DNA of 64,000 nucleotides. Source: Selaginella moellendorffii. Taxonomy: Eukaryota; Plantae; Lycopodiophyta. This document shows positions 46,790 through 60,515 of this stretch, one piece after another (positions within the stretch are counted from its first letter, which is position 1; the number at the start of each line of letters is the position of its first letter). The stretch lies in NCBI RefSeq assembly GCF_000143415.4, contig NW_003314275.1:2213419-2277418 (forward strand), read 5' to 3'. A program made the position numbers and the translations under genes. The notes under the pieces are model-generated. The model worked only from the letters and a program-made list of their open reading frames with translations, did no database searches and was not told the DNA's origin.

Positions 46790-48202
46790 CAATTGCTCAC
46801 ATGATGTTTTAGTTGGATGGTGCACCGATGCTTGTTCCAGGAATGCATCCCTGGTAGTACGCTGCTCTAAAGTGTCATCCTCTTGCTTGACCAGGCCATT
46901 CTCGATAGCTTCACAAAACTTCATTCCATCCATTCATGTCTAAGCTCACGACAGGACTGAGAGCCTTCTGGCTGAGGAACATGTCCACAGATAGTTTGAA
47001 TCGAGCCACCACCTTGTCCAGACTGAAAGAAACTCCCTTGAGTTTCCGGCAGAAGGGTGCAAGAAAGCTTCCGGAGCTCTGTATGCACCTGCACGACCCG
47101 GGAAAACTTGAAGGTACTGAACAAGAACAATGTGCTCACACGCACTATAAGTCATGATAATACAAGTGAGAATACCATCTCAAATATTTCTTTTTGTTTT
47201 TTTTTTGGAGAGCTCTATGTACCCTTCCAGCAATGTAGTCTGGGAACATTAACATGCTGCATTGTTATTACGCCCATGGAGAAGAGGATCCAAATTTTCA
47301 ATGGAGCTACTGGAATAAGATCAGGAACCAAAGTGCTGCAATGGTGATGGCTTTGTTGTGCCTAGGAATTACAAGCAAACCTTGAGCCTCTTGTGACCCT
47401 CACAAGCAGCTTGGATGTCTTTTTAATTTCTCCAGTTGTGGCCATCCTTCAGAAAGTATTTCAAGGCCTTGCGATCGAACAACAACAAGGATCTGCCTAG
47501 TAGGAGCAATTCAATGTGACACAAGCAAGGAGCAAGGAGCACTTAGTAGCAGGCTTGTTAGGAGAAATGGAGTTCAGTTTGAAACCATAACTCTGATAAT
47601 TTGAAGCATCACAAACTTTATGTGGTTTGAACTGTAATGAAGAGGTAAATGTTTTATATTGTATATCTTCCTAGGCAAAGCAAAAGAAGAAAGCTTATGC
47701 AAAATAGAGTTATGCTTAATTTTAAGCATTCAAAGAAAAAAGACTCGACTTAGGCAATGCTAATCATGAAGTAGTTAGAAATAGTTATAAATTCATGTAG
47801 TATAAATAACACTTAAATGTGTTAGAAAATAACCCCCACTCACTATTGTATGCATTTACATTGAATTAATCATTTTTTCTCCCGCTTATAACTATTTATG
47901 CAAAGTAGAATTAAGAGAGTGACATATGTTTATCTTTACTTATGCTTTTGGTGTTTAAAGTTTTTATTCACTTCTCAATATTTTTTTCTCTTCTTCTCAA
48001 TATTATGTTTTTGTTTCTGTTTGTTTGTCACTATTTTGCAGGTAGGGGCAAGAACGCAAGTATAGGCAAAAAAAACCTTACCCAAACTATCAAACGTATA
48101 AATTATTTGCCTCATGTTGAAGTCTGTATTACCTCAATCCTTGTTATCTCACATCTTGGATCTTGAAATTAAACACCACTCACCTTGCTGTAGCATTGCC
48201 AT
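46790..48202 (-). pseudogene. Inverted, degraded CAMTA-like (CG-1) copy, with an AT-rich insertion of about 480 bp (about 47630-48105) in exon 2
   Basis: The reverse complement matches exons of the 53.7, 57.5 and 62.3 kb copies (KDGHNW, AxEHIVLVQYLQV, AVSLDM.GW). Frameshifts and rearrangement. Confidence 0.8.
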
Positions 48203-49745
48203 CTCAAATAAAAAATCAATTGATAAGATAGTTAGTTGTATTTATAAATCCATTTTCTCTTGAAGAAATGGTGTTGATGAGATGGTTATATTTTTGTATT
48301 ATTAACATTCATAAATTTGTTAGTTACACTTTGGGAATTCAATTCCATCCTTTCATTCAATAGCTTAATACTTTAAAACTTAAGTTTCACTCCATTACAT
48401 TTGTTCAAAGGTTAGGTTTGGTTTTATGGCCATGGAGTATAAGGTTAAAAATCACATATGCTACATTTGAAATCAAAGGATTACTATTTAATGTGATGAG
48501 AACTACATATGTAAATAAAAATCTTATTATGTACATATTTAGTTGTTGTGGGTTCATATATGTCTCTTGGATTTTAATATAAACTATCATGTGCTATATT
48601 ATACCATATTATACCATTTAATACTATGTTATATGATGTTGTATTGTCTTAGGGAGTGTGAATTTTGGGATGTACCATTTTATATGAATTTTTGTTTGGG
48701 CTTGTCAGATGATGCATAAGGGTTATAATTTGAGTCATTACTATATTATTGTAGGTAAAATTAAATGTCTCTTGAGTTCTTGAAAGTGGTAAATAAACTA
48801 ATACTTAGCTGTTTATTATAGCATTAGTGGATCCTTCCTAGACATGGTTTGTAGTTAAGGACTATTTACACTTTGTTTAACTTGGTGATGGCTTAACAAT
48901 AATAGACTTGCTTTACTATGGTATTTTTGGGTTGGTATGGTTTCCTTTTTTTATAGCATGTAGGCTTAACTTTGTTAGTATTGAGTGAATTATCATGTTT
49001 AAGATTCAATATATTCTAACATTATAAGCTAAACTCAACTAATAACTAAGTTGAAATTGGAAGAACTAGTTTTGGATATTACTAAGGTGTTTAACTTTAG
49101 TTAGCTCAATTGCTAAAGAGTTGTGCTCAATTGTTAAAAAGTGGTGGTTCACTTTTACTTTAACTATTAAGTATATGAGCATTCAACAATCAGATGTTTT
49201 AAACATTAAACTTTTATAAGCATTCTTATGTAAAATATTCAATAACAAATTTATAATTCAAGCAAGATCTAAATTTTTATGTGAATAAAAAATGTTTAAA
49301 AATAACTCAAAGTATTTGGATCTCAATGCTAAAATTGACACATAAAACAAAGCTAAATATAGTCTAATACAATTTTAATATAGTAGTGGGTTAACACAAT
49401 TTCACTAGATTATCCTTATAACTTGCTAAATATAAAATAGTGCCAAATCATAAATCTAAACATAGGAACAACACTATTGTGTTTTGAATACTCTTATAAA
49501 TATGCTTAACTGATATAGCAAGTGTAGGGCAAATTTGGTAAACTATTATTTTATGTTTATCCAGTCTAATTGCATACATGATGACTAGTTTCTTAACTAG
49601 TTTAGATGAAGAATGATAAAGGGAACTAATAGTATACTAATATAGTAGTAATAGAATAATATCCAAAAAAACTTATAAACAGGTAAACTTTTGATACCCA
49701 CAATTACATTAGCAACATTCAAGCACCTATAAATAAAATTGAAGA

Positions 49746-49746
<1 letters not shown>

Positions 49747-49790
<44 letters not shown>
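49747..49790. repeat. (TG)n(TA)n microsatellite
   Basis: Read directly. Confidence 0.95.
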
Positions 49791-49791
<1 letters not shown>

Positions 49792-49793
<2 letters not shown>

Positions 49794-49910
49794 GGAATAT
49801 AGAAATGTGCATATTCAATTAGCCAAAAACCCTTAGCTTATATGTGGTCTAGATTGAAATAAATTCAATAACTATCAAAATCACACTACACTAATATTAA
49901 TATATAGCAT
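49792..49910 (+). repeat. Direct repeat of about 120-130 bp; second copy at about 53228-53360
   Basis: atggaatataga.atgtgcatattcaattagcc...ctatcaaaat...actacactaatatta occurs in both. Confidence 0.8.
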
Positions 49911-51329
49911 TTTAGGCATATAGTTAGACCTTACATCATCCCCTCATCGCGAAAGAATAAAAGGCAATTAAAGCTCTTTAATTGATAGGTTGGGATTTAA
50001 AAAAACATCAAGAGGAGACATTAATGGATCTATAGATGGTGCCAATTGTTCTTAATCCCTTTATAAAGAGCATTTTAACCATTACATATGCACAATTTTT
50101 GGAGGATTGGCATATTGAATGTTATATTAAACTTTCATGTGGATAATGATGGGAGTTATAGCATCATTGTTATCCTACTTGTATGTGACCCAAGTGTTTA
50201 ATAAGCTCCACTTGAACTAATCGAAGAATATTTCCAAAATACTAATCCCAGGACATAGCATCAACAACTCATAGCAATTATGAAGGTAAACTCAACTTTA
50301 TAGTGATAATTTCACCCTATATAATCATAATCTAATAAAGGTTTTCTAAGTCTAATTCCCATTGATAGAGTGTATGCTCGGGGACATGCTAAAGAACTTA
50401 GTCTAACTCCTTTGTTGTCAAAGTCCTAAGTATTAATAGTGAAGAAGCAAATATACTATTGTTCTACTATATGATGCATTTTCTCTAAATCCATTTGCAT
50501 GTTCTCATATTCAACCTTGAGGCCAAACATAGATAGTGAGATAATTTTTGGTCTGATAAAGCGTTAATATTTCAAATTCAACACTAACTCACTAGCTAGT
50601 GTGTCATCTTATATGTCCTACTTGTAGGAACACCTCCATTTTCTCTAACCATCATTTGAAACTCAAGTTGTAGCTAAGGAAAAAGTGGCTATCTTAGTAA
50701 ATCAGCAACATAAATAAAAGTTATAACTTCTCACTACCAAATTGTCAAGCTGTTGCACAAAGAAGAAAACTTAACACTGTGAAGAGTGAAGAGAAAAGAG
50801 AAATAATTATGGGTACTTTCAGAAGTTCTACAGTCCTAAATGAGTATAAAGAAAATAAGAATCAAACTAATTAACAGTAGATGCTCCTATTCTTTGTACC
50901 TTTGAAAATTCAATCTATTTAGCAAGAATTAGAAGTAAAATATCACTTATGGTTTAGAAGAAGTTATAGAGGTTACAAATCTTGGCAAGAAAACCCATAA
51001 AAAGAGTATTAATATACATAGTAAGTTCAAGTTGGGTAGAGTTTGACCTCCAGTCCAAGAACACATCCTAACAGTTTAGACCACTAATAATTGCTCCAAT
51101 TAGGACATTTTGATTTGGTAAAACTTTGTAAAACCACTTGTTAAATCCCAACATGTAATTCATAAGCATCAATTCCTTGTAAATTAAAACTATTGACATT
51201 TTGTGATGTGGTTCTAAAGGATAAAAATTGTTACAACCAACTATATAAAGCATCCTTAAGGGATTTTGATAAAAAATGAAATTCATCTATAGAAGTGAAG
51301 GAGTTATGATATTTTCTCATGAATGATAG

Positions 51330-51522
51330 TGTAAGTAACCAAAGAAAACAACTTGAAAAACGATATATAGAGTTCAAATATAAAAGGAAAGGGCCCATGA
51401 ATAAAAATTCACCCCTTTTTTAATCATTTAAAGGTCTTGGGATAGTTAGGGTTAAGTGTCATTAAGTTTGAATAGTACTAGGTTGGGTGACCTTTTGAGA
51501 AATCCAAACTTAAGAGCTTACA
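51330..51522 (+). mobile_element. Cassandra-like solo LTR carrying a degenerate 5S rRNA internal promoter (51451-51505)
   Basis: TGTAAG...CTTACA terminal inverted ends and TSD gatag/aatag. gttaagtgtcattaagtttgaatagtactaggttgggtgaccttttgagaaatcc matches plant 5S GTTAAGCGTGCTTGGGCGAGAGTAGTACTAGGATGGGTGACCTCCTGGGAAGTCC. Confidence 0.72.
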
Positions 51523-52030
51523 AATAGCTCATCTGGTTTAATGCAAATGACATCAGAGTGTCTAATACAAATATGTAATCTTGATATGCAAGAGTTTAGA
51601 TTGCTGCTTGAAGATGATCGTGAAACACATTTGTTAGTAACAAAGTGCTAGTTACATATTGCATGTTAGCGCCACCTACATGGAGTTTGTAGATAAGAAA
51701 TGAAAAACAAGCAAAGCTATATATTTGGAGTAATGACAAATATTACTCCAGATTTTTCTGTTTGGAAGTACCAAATAGAAAAATCTATTAGCATGGTCAA
51801 ACAACTTTTACTAGAAAGGTAAAACTAATATAGATAATGACTTCATATCAATCAAAAGAACAATGTCTCCTTATAGTTGAAAGTAAACTTATACACCAAC
51901 ATGCTTGTTATCCCAATTGAATTGGTTAGTGGGGAACTTTTATCCATGTTGCATTTTATAAAATCGAGGTAGAAGATGGCATCTTGTCATCATCTTTTAA
52001 ATCTTCCAGTAATAGAACTCTATACCTCTA

Positions 52031-52033
<3 letters not shown>

Positions 52034-52066
<33 letters not shown>
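52034..52066. repeat. (TA)n microsatellite
   Basis: Read directly. Confidence 0.95.
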
Positions 52067-52073
<7 letters not shown>

Positions 52074-53717
52074 GGTTAATAATTATCTCAATTTGAATAC
52101 TAAAAGTTTATATACTTCGTGATTATCCTTTTGAAGGTCTAAAAGAGTTGTTCCATCAAACCATTCATTTATGATGATAAACACTTATGAAAATATGGCA
52201 TACCCTACCCGAGATGTTAAAATATAAAATACCTTAACCATAAATGCAGAACCACTATCTGAGAGAATTTATTTTGGATATAAATGGTAAAACACAGCTT
52301 GATTTAAAAGGAAGTATCTAACAACAATTGTTATTATATACCACAACCTCATTCTATCCTTGAACAAGCAATAGTAGTGTTAACCTCTATTAAAACCCAT
52401 AGAAAGTAAAATTGAAACATGTGTAAGTGGGAGAGGTGATGTCTCAAAATATTATACCACTTGAAGAGTATCGTTAAGGGTGGCTAGAGCAAATGCATAC
52501 ATAAGTCCCATAAAATCTTGATGAAACATTAGCCACAACATTCCTAACTTGATTTACTCTAATATATTTATTAGAAACAAGAGGTTCCAAAAACAAACAC
52601 TAAATTACATCATTAACTCAAACAACCCCTGACAAAGATAATGCAATTACTGAAAGGCATTATCACAATTGTCACCATGTCGAAATGCACTTGAAGATGT
52701 CCAAAAGAAGGCTCTAATCTGCATGAGTGGCTACACTCAAATTATTGTACCACTACAATGTCATTCCTTGGGGACATATAAGAAACTTATGTAAACACTA
52801 AACATTCTCTCAAGAATGATAAATGGCAATCATTGTAAAGTGATCAAACTAATAATACACATTATCCTTAAGATTTCCATATGAAAATTTTGGCCAGCTA
52901 TGAGGATTGCCAACAAGAGTAGGAGGAGTTGCACCACATGCCATGAATGTTGCCATCAACTGAGTTTCATTATTCAACTATAACTATATAGCATTTAACA
53001 ACTATATTAATTGCTACTCTATAGTCAAAGGAGGAGGAAGGGGTTGCTTCTCTACTTTGAAGATGAACGAAAAGAAAAAAAACAAAAGAATTTTTTTTTG
53101 AAAAGTTACAAAAAAAAAGAGATTTAAATGATGTAAAAGTTTAAATCAAAAGCACAAATGCAAACACTCCTTATAGATAATCAAAGTTGCTCCTTACCTC
53201 CATTAATATGAGCGTATAGATATAGAGATGGAATATAGATATGTGCATATTCAATTAGCCCAAAATCCTAGCTTATATACATGAGCGAGTGGTATGAATT
53301 GAAATCAATTCAATAGCTATCAAAATTCCACTACACTAATATTAGTATATATCATCATAGCCAATATATATATATATATCCATGATATATCTAGTCTCTT
53401 CTGCTCCAAACTCCAAGACAAACTCCAAGTGGTATAAAATGTTTAGATATAAGCAAATTTAAGAATATCTACTTTTGTAAGGCCAAAAAGGTTCGTTTCC
53501 TTATCTGTTTGGCAGCACAAAATATCATATTCTTTACATGGTGGAATGTGTGGTGTGCAGCATTCAAACTAAAATAGAAATGCTTCTCACGGTCCTTGCT
53601 ATATTTAGCTGTTAAACTGATAGGTTAAAATATTAGAACTTGCGGAGCTCTTTGTCATTTAAGGCCCTGCGATCATTGGGGCTTGCGAGAGGCTGATTGT
53701 TTTAGATTGAGGTTGAG

Positions 53718-55435
53718 ATGGCGACTGTTCGCGGGGTACCGCAGCAAGGTGAGTGGAGGCTAATTTTAAGATCAAAGACTGAGGATAACGAGGATCTGAG
53801 GCAGACTTCGACATGGGGCAAATCGTCCAGGAAGCTTGCGCCCGATGGCTCAAACCACCCGAAGTTTGTGACATACTTCGCAATTATCAGAGATACGGTT
53901 TCGATCTCAACCCCGTTCCTCCTAGCAGGCCTGCCAGTGAGTGCTCCCTTAGGCTTTGCCCTTTGCTTGTCTCACACTGACTTGCCACGCTACTAGGTGG
54001 ATCCTTGCACTTGTTTGATCGCAAGGCTTTGAAATACTTTCAGAAGGATGGCCACAACTGGAGGAAAAAGAAAGACGGCAAGGCTGTTCGCGAGGCTCAC
54101 GAGCAGAAGGTTTGCTTGTTATGAACGAGGCCATCACCATCCGTTCCTGATCTTGTGTGCAGTCTGGGAGCATTGACGTGCTGCATTGTTACTGCGCCCG
54201 TGGAGAGGAGGATCCGAATTTTCAACGGAGCTACTGGATGCTGGAAGGGTACATAGAGCTCTCTACAAAAAAACAAAGAAAAGAAAAAAACGAGAGATGG
54301 AAATCCTTCTCACTTGTATTATCATGACTTGTATGTAGTGCTTATGAACACATTGTTCTTGTTCAGTACCTTCAAGTACACCAGGTCGGTGTTAGGGTGC
54401 TTTTCTTTTTCTAGTGCTCGAAGCTTTTCCTTTTCCAGGGTCGTAAATCTGCATATAGAGCTCCAGAGTATCTGAAACCTCACGCAGAGTCACCCTCAAT
54501 ATTATCCTCGGAGCATGGCGATTCAAGTGACGATGTTGAGCAACTCTCCTCAAAGTATTCGATTTTGCCGGAAACTCAGGGGAGTTTCTTTCAGTCCGAT
54601 ATTGATCTTAACGACCTCTTAGACCGTCCAGGTATACGAGTCAGAGTGGACATTTTGCTATCTGACACACGGCTCGATTCAAACGTCTGCAGACATGTTC
54701 CTCGGCCAGAAGGCGCTCACTCCTGCCGTGAGCTTGGACATGAGCGGATGGAAAGAAGTTCTGCGAAGCTATCTAGAGAATCCAACGAATGGCCCCGTCA
54801 AGCCAGAGGACGAGACGTTAGAGCAGCGTACTACCAGGGATGCATTCCTGGAACAAGCCTCGCCCATGAAGTTTGAGGATGGAATGTTCAAGTTATCACC
54901 AAGAGCGAGTTTAAGTCCTAAAGCGATCATGGAAGTCCTATCTCCTCGGGGTCTGGGTCGCCAACCTCAGACACATTTCGAGGCTCAGCTGCGTGCTGCC
55001 ACCGCTGAGAACGTCATGAAAACAGCACAAAGCCTCTCTCCGGTGTGAATTATATAGTCAGTTCTTTCGTTACATGTAGTCCCTAACACGTCCATGCAGA
55101 CAAAACGTGTTTCCTCTCCTCCGCCTGCGCAGAACGTCCTTGTGGATATGGGGCGTGCTTCTCAACAGGTATTTAAGTTCCGCTTTCTCTCGCTGGCGAA
55201 ATCGACACGGGGAGCGCACTGGTTAAAAACTCTAAGCTTGTCAAACAGGAGGGCAGAATCAAGCAACTGGCTAGTTTTGGACGATGGGCGCTCGAGCCCG
55301 CGCCCGCGAGCTCGAGCTCTGTTTGGCTCCTTCCAACGAAGAAACCAAGGTTTCGTCTCACGTATATATTTATCTCACCTCTAGGTTCTAAATGGCAGGT
55401 TCTCGTCTCCGGGACCACTGGACGTGGGTAAGTGA
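53718..55435 (+). CDS. CAMTA-derived CG-1-domain gene, copy A; 9 exons, frameshifted at the start of the TIG domain
   Basis: Spliced: EACARWLKPPEVCDILRNY|SGSL.LFDRK..KYF.KDGHNWRKKKDGKAVREAHE|SGSIDVLHCY..GEEDPNFQRSYWMLE|YEHIVLV.YL. An out-of-frame TIG remnant follows (APSNEETK|VLVSGT...IGDV.LP). Confidence 0.7.
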
Positions 55436-55559
55436 GGCACCACGAGGTCGTTTGATAAACAAACAAGCCTGGCTGCGAGATTGGTGATGTGGGACTGCCA
55501 AAGGCGTGTAGTGTTTTAATTTAAGAAAATCTAAAACAGTTTAGTTCAAAGCTTTTGTT

Positions 55560-56130
55560 CTTATCGCGCAATCCGTAACAGATTCTGTGGCGTGACGTGC
55601 CGTCAGAGCGCCCGCGAGTAGATCAAAGCCTGTTTCTACAGTGGAGGTAATGCTTTCTGGCATGCCGCATTTTCCAGGTGGGGGCGCTGCCAGATTTGAT
55701 CAGCAATGGCTTGGCTGTGGCGATTGTTGACACTGGAGCGATTTTGATGCAGGGATATGTTATGAGGACGCTGTCTCGGCCACGCTTGCATCCAATGTCT
55801 ATCTCGGTCGGTATACACTTTCTTTCATACTTTGTGAATTTTTATCGAGATTTTCTTTGTTGGATTATTACTTGGCCTACTTGTCCCACAGTATCTGATA
55901 CGTGCTACATTGATATCCTCCAGAACAAGCCTCTGGTTTGTGTAAACGGACAATATCTGAGGAGTCGAGTTGAGGGATCTTTGAACTCTGGTAAGTGCAC
56001 TCTTGTTTTCTCCATTTTGAACTTAAAGCTATGTGTTTCTTGCACAGGGTCATAGATGTTTGAAACTTCCAAAATGCAAGCATCTAGCACCATGTAGTTC
56101 ATTCTAGTATGTTATGTAGAATGGAATGCA
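55560..56130 (+). pseudogene. HISN2 fragment with internal deletions; introns and 3' flank retained
   Basis: Matches 44460-45620 in pieces (ggcttggctgtggcgattg, gacactgg.gcgattttgatgcaggg, gatatcctccagaacaagcctctgg, catagatgtttgaaacttccaaaatgcaag). Confidence 0.85.
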
Positions 56131-56308
56131 GGGCTCACAGGGCATATGCCTTGGGTGCAAAAAACCAAGCAAGTGGTGAGAGTTTATAGTGCTGGTGATT
56201 TGGGGCGAAAGGGCGAAAGTCCTTTTTCTTTGATCAAAATATTACCTTTACATGGTCAAACTAAAGTGGGGCTATGTTTAGCTGTCAAAGAGTCATTGTC
56301 TAATTGAG

Positions 56309-56840
56309 ATGGCGATGCCGCAGCAAGGTGAGTGGAGGAATTTCAAGATTGAAGACTGTGAGATAACAAGGATCTGAGGCAATCGTCCAGAAAGCTTGCT
56401 CCGATGGCTCAAACTACCCGAAGTTTGCAAGATACTTCGCAATTATCAGAGCTACCGTTCCTCCCAGCAGGCCCACCAGTGAGTGCTCCTTCGCTCTCCT
56501 TGCTTGTGCCACACTGACTTGCCACGCTACTAGGTGGATCCTTGCTCTTGTTTCATTGCAACGCCTTACAGGTAAAGTTTATGCTTTCTCTCGCTGGCCT
56601 GTGCTCAAGAATTTTAGTACTGGACACAGAGAGCGCACTAGCTAGAAAATCAAGCGACTCGCTAGTTTTGGACGATGAGCGCTGGCAGAGATAGGTAGCA
56701 ACAATATAGATGCGGTCTCGAGCTCCATTTGGGCAGCCATGGACGATTACAAGGACAGAGAAGAAACCTCCAACCTCCCTATGCCAATGGAGCTTGAGAT
56801 GAGTGCCCAGTTCCCACGATTGAGCATTACAGACTTCAAG
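56309..56840 (+). pseudogene. Internally deleted CAMTA-like copy B
   Basis: Exons 1-3 are partial and frameshifted, and join directly to last-exon sequence ending ...SITDF. Confidence 0.8.
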
Positions 56841-56914
56841 AAACCACTTGCACTCATAAAAATCGCGTGAGACAAAAGGGAAAGTGCAAGTCGTCTTTGA
56901 GAGCTAGGGCTTTA

Positions 56915-57190
56915 GTGCTACAATGTAGCAGTAATGCGGGAAGCGATCTCGCGCAATCCGGGCCCCTCTCGGAACGGTGGAGGTAAGGATTGTAATTCTT
57001 TCTGGGATTTTGTAGCGCTTAGGAGATCCAGGCGCAAGTTTATGAGAAAGAGATTTTCTCAGTCAGGCAAAAAGCTGAGCGTTCAAGTTGAGTGATCTTT
57101 TAACTCAGCTGTTTTACTCCATATTGAACTTAAACGTATGTGCTTCTTTCTCAAAACTTCCAAAATGCTATGTTATGTAGAATGGAATGG
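56915..57190 (+). pseudogene. Short HISN2 fragment (5' part joined to 3' end)
   Basis: gcgatctcgcgcaatccgggc, ggaggtaagg..taattctt.tctgggattttgtagcgcttaggagatcca and gagattttctcagtcaggca. Confidence 0.8.
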
Positions 57191-57515
57191 TATGCGTATG
57201 CCCTGGGCATACGTATAAACAAACCGAATAAGTGGGTGGTGGAATATCTAATGGTGGAATATCAGTTTCACATCGGGCCAAAGGTTCTTTTCCTTTGATC
57301 CTTGGTTCTTGGGTGATCCTATGCTTTTTAGTTGGGCACCACTTATAGTGGCTGCCTTTACATGGTCGAATGTGTGGCGTGCAACATTCAAACTAAAGTG
57401 GAAATGCTCCTCAGGGTCATCTCTCGTGCCTTGCTATATTTAGCTGTGAAACGGATAACCATGAATCAAATATCAAAACTCGCGACTGGCGCTCCCCTGG
57501 TTTGATTTTGTGTAG

Positions 57516-59076
57516 ATGGCGACTGTCCGTGGGATGCCGCAGCAAGGTGAGTGGATGCTAATTGCAAGATCGAAGACTGTGAGATAACAAGGATCTGAGG
57601 CAAAACAGACTTCGACATGAGGCAGATCATCCAGGAAGCTTGCGTCCGATGGCTGAAACCACCTGAAGTTTGCAAGATCCTTCGCAATTATCAGAGCTAC
57701 GGTTTCGATCTCAGCCACGTTCCTCCCAGCAAGCCCGCCAGTGAATGCTCCTTTCTCCTTGCTTCGATTGTCACATGGACTGACTTGCCAAAGCTACTAG
57801 GTGGATCCTTGCTCTTGTTTGATCGCAAGGCTGTAAAATACTTTCGGAAGGATGGCCACAACTGGAGAAAGAAGAAAGGCGGCAAGGCTGTTCGCGAGGC
57901 TCACAAGCGGCTCAAGGTTTGCTTGTTATTCCTAGGAACAACGAGGCCACCACTATTGCGGCACTTGGTTGTATGCAGTTTGGGAGTATTGACGTGCTAC
58001 ATTGTTACTACACCCACGGAGAGGAAGATCCAAATTTTCAAAGGAGCTACTGGATACTGGAAGGGTAAAAAAAAATGATATGGAAATCTCCTCACGTGTA
58101 TTATCATGACTTGTAGTGCTTACAAACACATTGTTCTTGTTCACTACCTTCAAGTTCAACAGGTCGGTGTTCTGGTGCTTTTCTTTTTCCAGCTCGAAGC
58201 TTTTCCTTTTCCAGGATCTTGAATCGGCATACAAAGCTTTAGAGCATCCGGAAGCTTTCTCGCACGCAATGGATTCGCCTCTGTTGAGTTCTGTCGGAAC
58301 TCAACAAGGTCCAAGCTATCAGCAGGGGAGTTTGTTTCAGCCCGGACAAGATGGTGGTATTCTGGAAGATTGTATTGATCTTAACGACCTTTTAGACAGT
58401 CCAGGTATATGTGTGACTAGTCAGAGTGGACGTTTTGCTTTCTCACACACAGCTCGATTCAAACTATCTGCAGACAAGTTCCTCGGCAAGAAGGCCCTCA
58501 CTCCTGCTGTGAGCTTGGACATGAGCGGATGGAATGAACTTCTGCGAAGCTATCGAGAAAATCCAACCACTGGCCCTGTCAAGCAGGAGGATGAAACTTC
58601 AGAGCAGTGTACTACGAATGCATTGTTAGGACAAGTCTTGCCCATGAAGTTTGAGGATGGAATGTTCAAGGAATCACCTGGAGCGAGTCTGAGTCCCAAA
58701 GCGATCATGGAAGTCCTATCTCCTCGGGGTCTGGGTCGCCAACCTCAAACACATGTCGAGGCTCAGCTGCGTGCTGCCGCGACCAATAATGCCATGAAAT
58801 CCCTCTCTCCGGTGAGTGAATTAGATAGTTCTTAATCTCTAACACGTCCATGCAGCGCTGGCAAGAGATTATTTCCTCTCCTCGGCCTGCGCAAAACGTC
58901 CATGAGGATATGGGGTGCGCTTCTCAACAGGTACAAGTTTCTCTTGCTGCTGCGCCTGCCACTAAAGTCCTTGAGCACAGGAATTCGACACAGGGAGCGC
59001 ACTGGTGAAAAAATCAAAGCTTGTCGAACAGGATCTTAGAGAGCTCGCCGGGCAAAATGAAGCAACTGGACGATGA
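57516..59076 (+). CDS. CAMTA-derived CG-1-only gene, copy C; 9 exons, apparently open to TGA at 59074-59076
   Basis: All GT-AG sites are present and the phases are consistent. CG-1 motifs are intact. No TIG, ankyrin or IQ sequence follows. Confidence 0.72.
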
Positions 59077-59289
59077 ACGACGAAATACAGGTGTGCTACT
59101 TGCACGGACGCTGGTCACAAACGTTTTTCAGTGCAGCAAACAGTTGCAATAACAAGCAACGCATAGAGGAATAGACATCTTCTCCTTATATTTTTAAAAA
59201 AGGTATTTTTGGGTGTAAAACATATACCTAGAATATTCATAAATATATTCAATCACTAATATACAAACCATGTTTAAATTTGAGGGACG

Positions 59290-60110
59290 ATTCGATCTTG
59301 CTCGCCACAAATTTGTCCTTGGGTGGCCAAGTACTTGAACACAGCAGGAGCCCCAACCATTTTAAAGGGATGGTTCTAAGCCCTCTTGCTTTCAAACACT
59401 ATTCTGTGATCCAACCTCTGGATTTCTTCTTCCTCAAAGCTTTTGTGCACCACCACGTCCACAATGGACGATCTTCTCGTGCATCAATACTCCATCTTGC
59501 AGTGAAGCTGGATCAGTCCACGAGTTGCATTGTAGAGTTGCAGAGCTGTGAGGAAAGTTAGCTTCTCCTTTCTCCTGGCATTCGATCCAGACTCTTTGCT
59601 TCGTCCGTGGTAAGCATAAGTGGCACAAGTCCTTCTCAGCCATCTCCAAGAAGAGCTTGGCCGAATACGTCTTGATCGAATCCACTTTTGTGGATGTCTT
59701 GCAAGCTCGAGCAGGCACCGAGAGAGCTGATAAAAGTGATACAATTCGGCTTTACTCCCTATAGCTGGATCTAGAGATTCGAGCAGAAAAGCCTCTAAAT
59801 TTGTTCAAGCAATCATGTGGTGGCCGACCTCCTGGCTGCTTTCAATGGGTGTGGGATACTCAAGCTTGAAGATAGTGCCAGGTTGCCAGATGCTGCTGGA
59901 TTCCAACTTGGAAATTGGGAATGATCAAGTGTGGGAAAAGAGCTCTTCCATTGTTTGGAGAGGAAAAATGTTATCAACTAGATGAATTTGGTGTCAGTGT
60001 AGCAGAGAATGGGGAGACTTGGGGGCTGGAATGCTGGAATGCAATGATCATGGTTTACGCTCATAGAGTGGGAGGACATTTTGCTGATGTGGATTTTATA
60101 AACATCCAAA
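59290..60110. pseudogene. PLS-class PPR gene debris on both strands
   Basis: Minus strand GVKPNCITFISSLGACSSL near 59700-59760; plus strand CWNAMIMVYA near 60030-60062. Many stops. Confidence 0.55.
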
Positions 60111-60259
60111 AGTAATATTCTTGGAAGTTTTAAATACTCCAAAAACAAATTAAGGTTGGGTTAATGATCTTTGGTTTAATTTGTTAAAAAGAGTTTATGG
60201 CTTCTCTCAAAGATTTCTTTAAGCAGGAGGTTGGCACAATGTCCAGAGCAAAGTCAAAG

Positions 60260-60515
60260 TTGCCAATCCATTCTCTTCAGATGTAGTGTGTTTACACAAA
60301 CCACCTGTGTGTCTCCCAACCCAAGTAAATAATCTGTGGAGGAATGTTAAAACAAAGATTGGTAAGAGCCCACAAAAACAGTTGAAATAGACTAGCAATG
60401 AAACTGGATGATGCCTCTCCTTTGGTCCAATAATATGTCATGCAATCATGCCAGGACAGCATCCCGATTAACAAATCCCTCCATAAAAAATGTTCCACAT
60501 CATGGAATATCCCAG
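60260..60515 (-). pseudogene. Inverted degraded HISN2 (HisI) fragment
   Basis: The reverse complement contains gggatttgttaatcgggatgctgtc, ttggaccaaaggagag, acagattatttacttggg and gagaatggattggcaactt. Confidence 0.75.

Noticed and set aside
51451-51505. Functional 5S rRNA gene
   Set aside because: Only about 55 degenerate nt are present, without the 5' half or terminator, embedded in an LTR-like unit.
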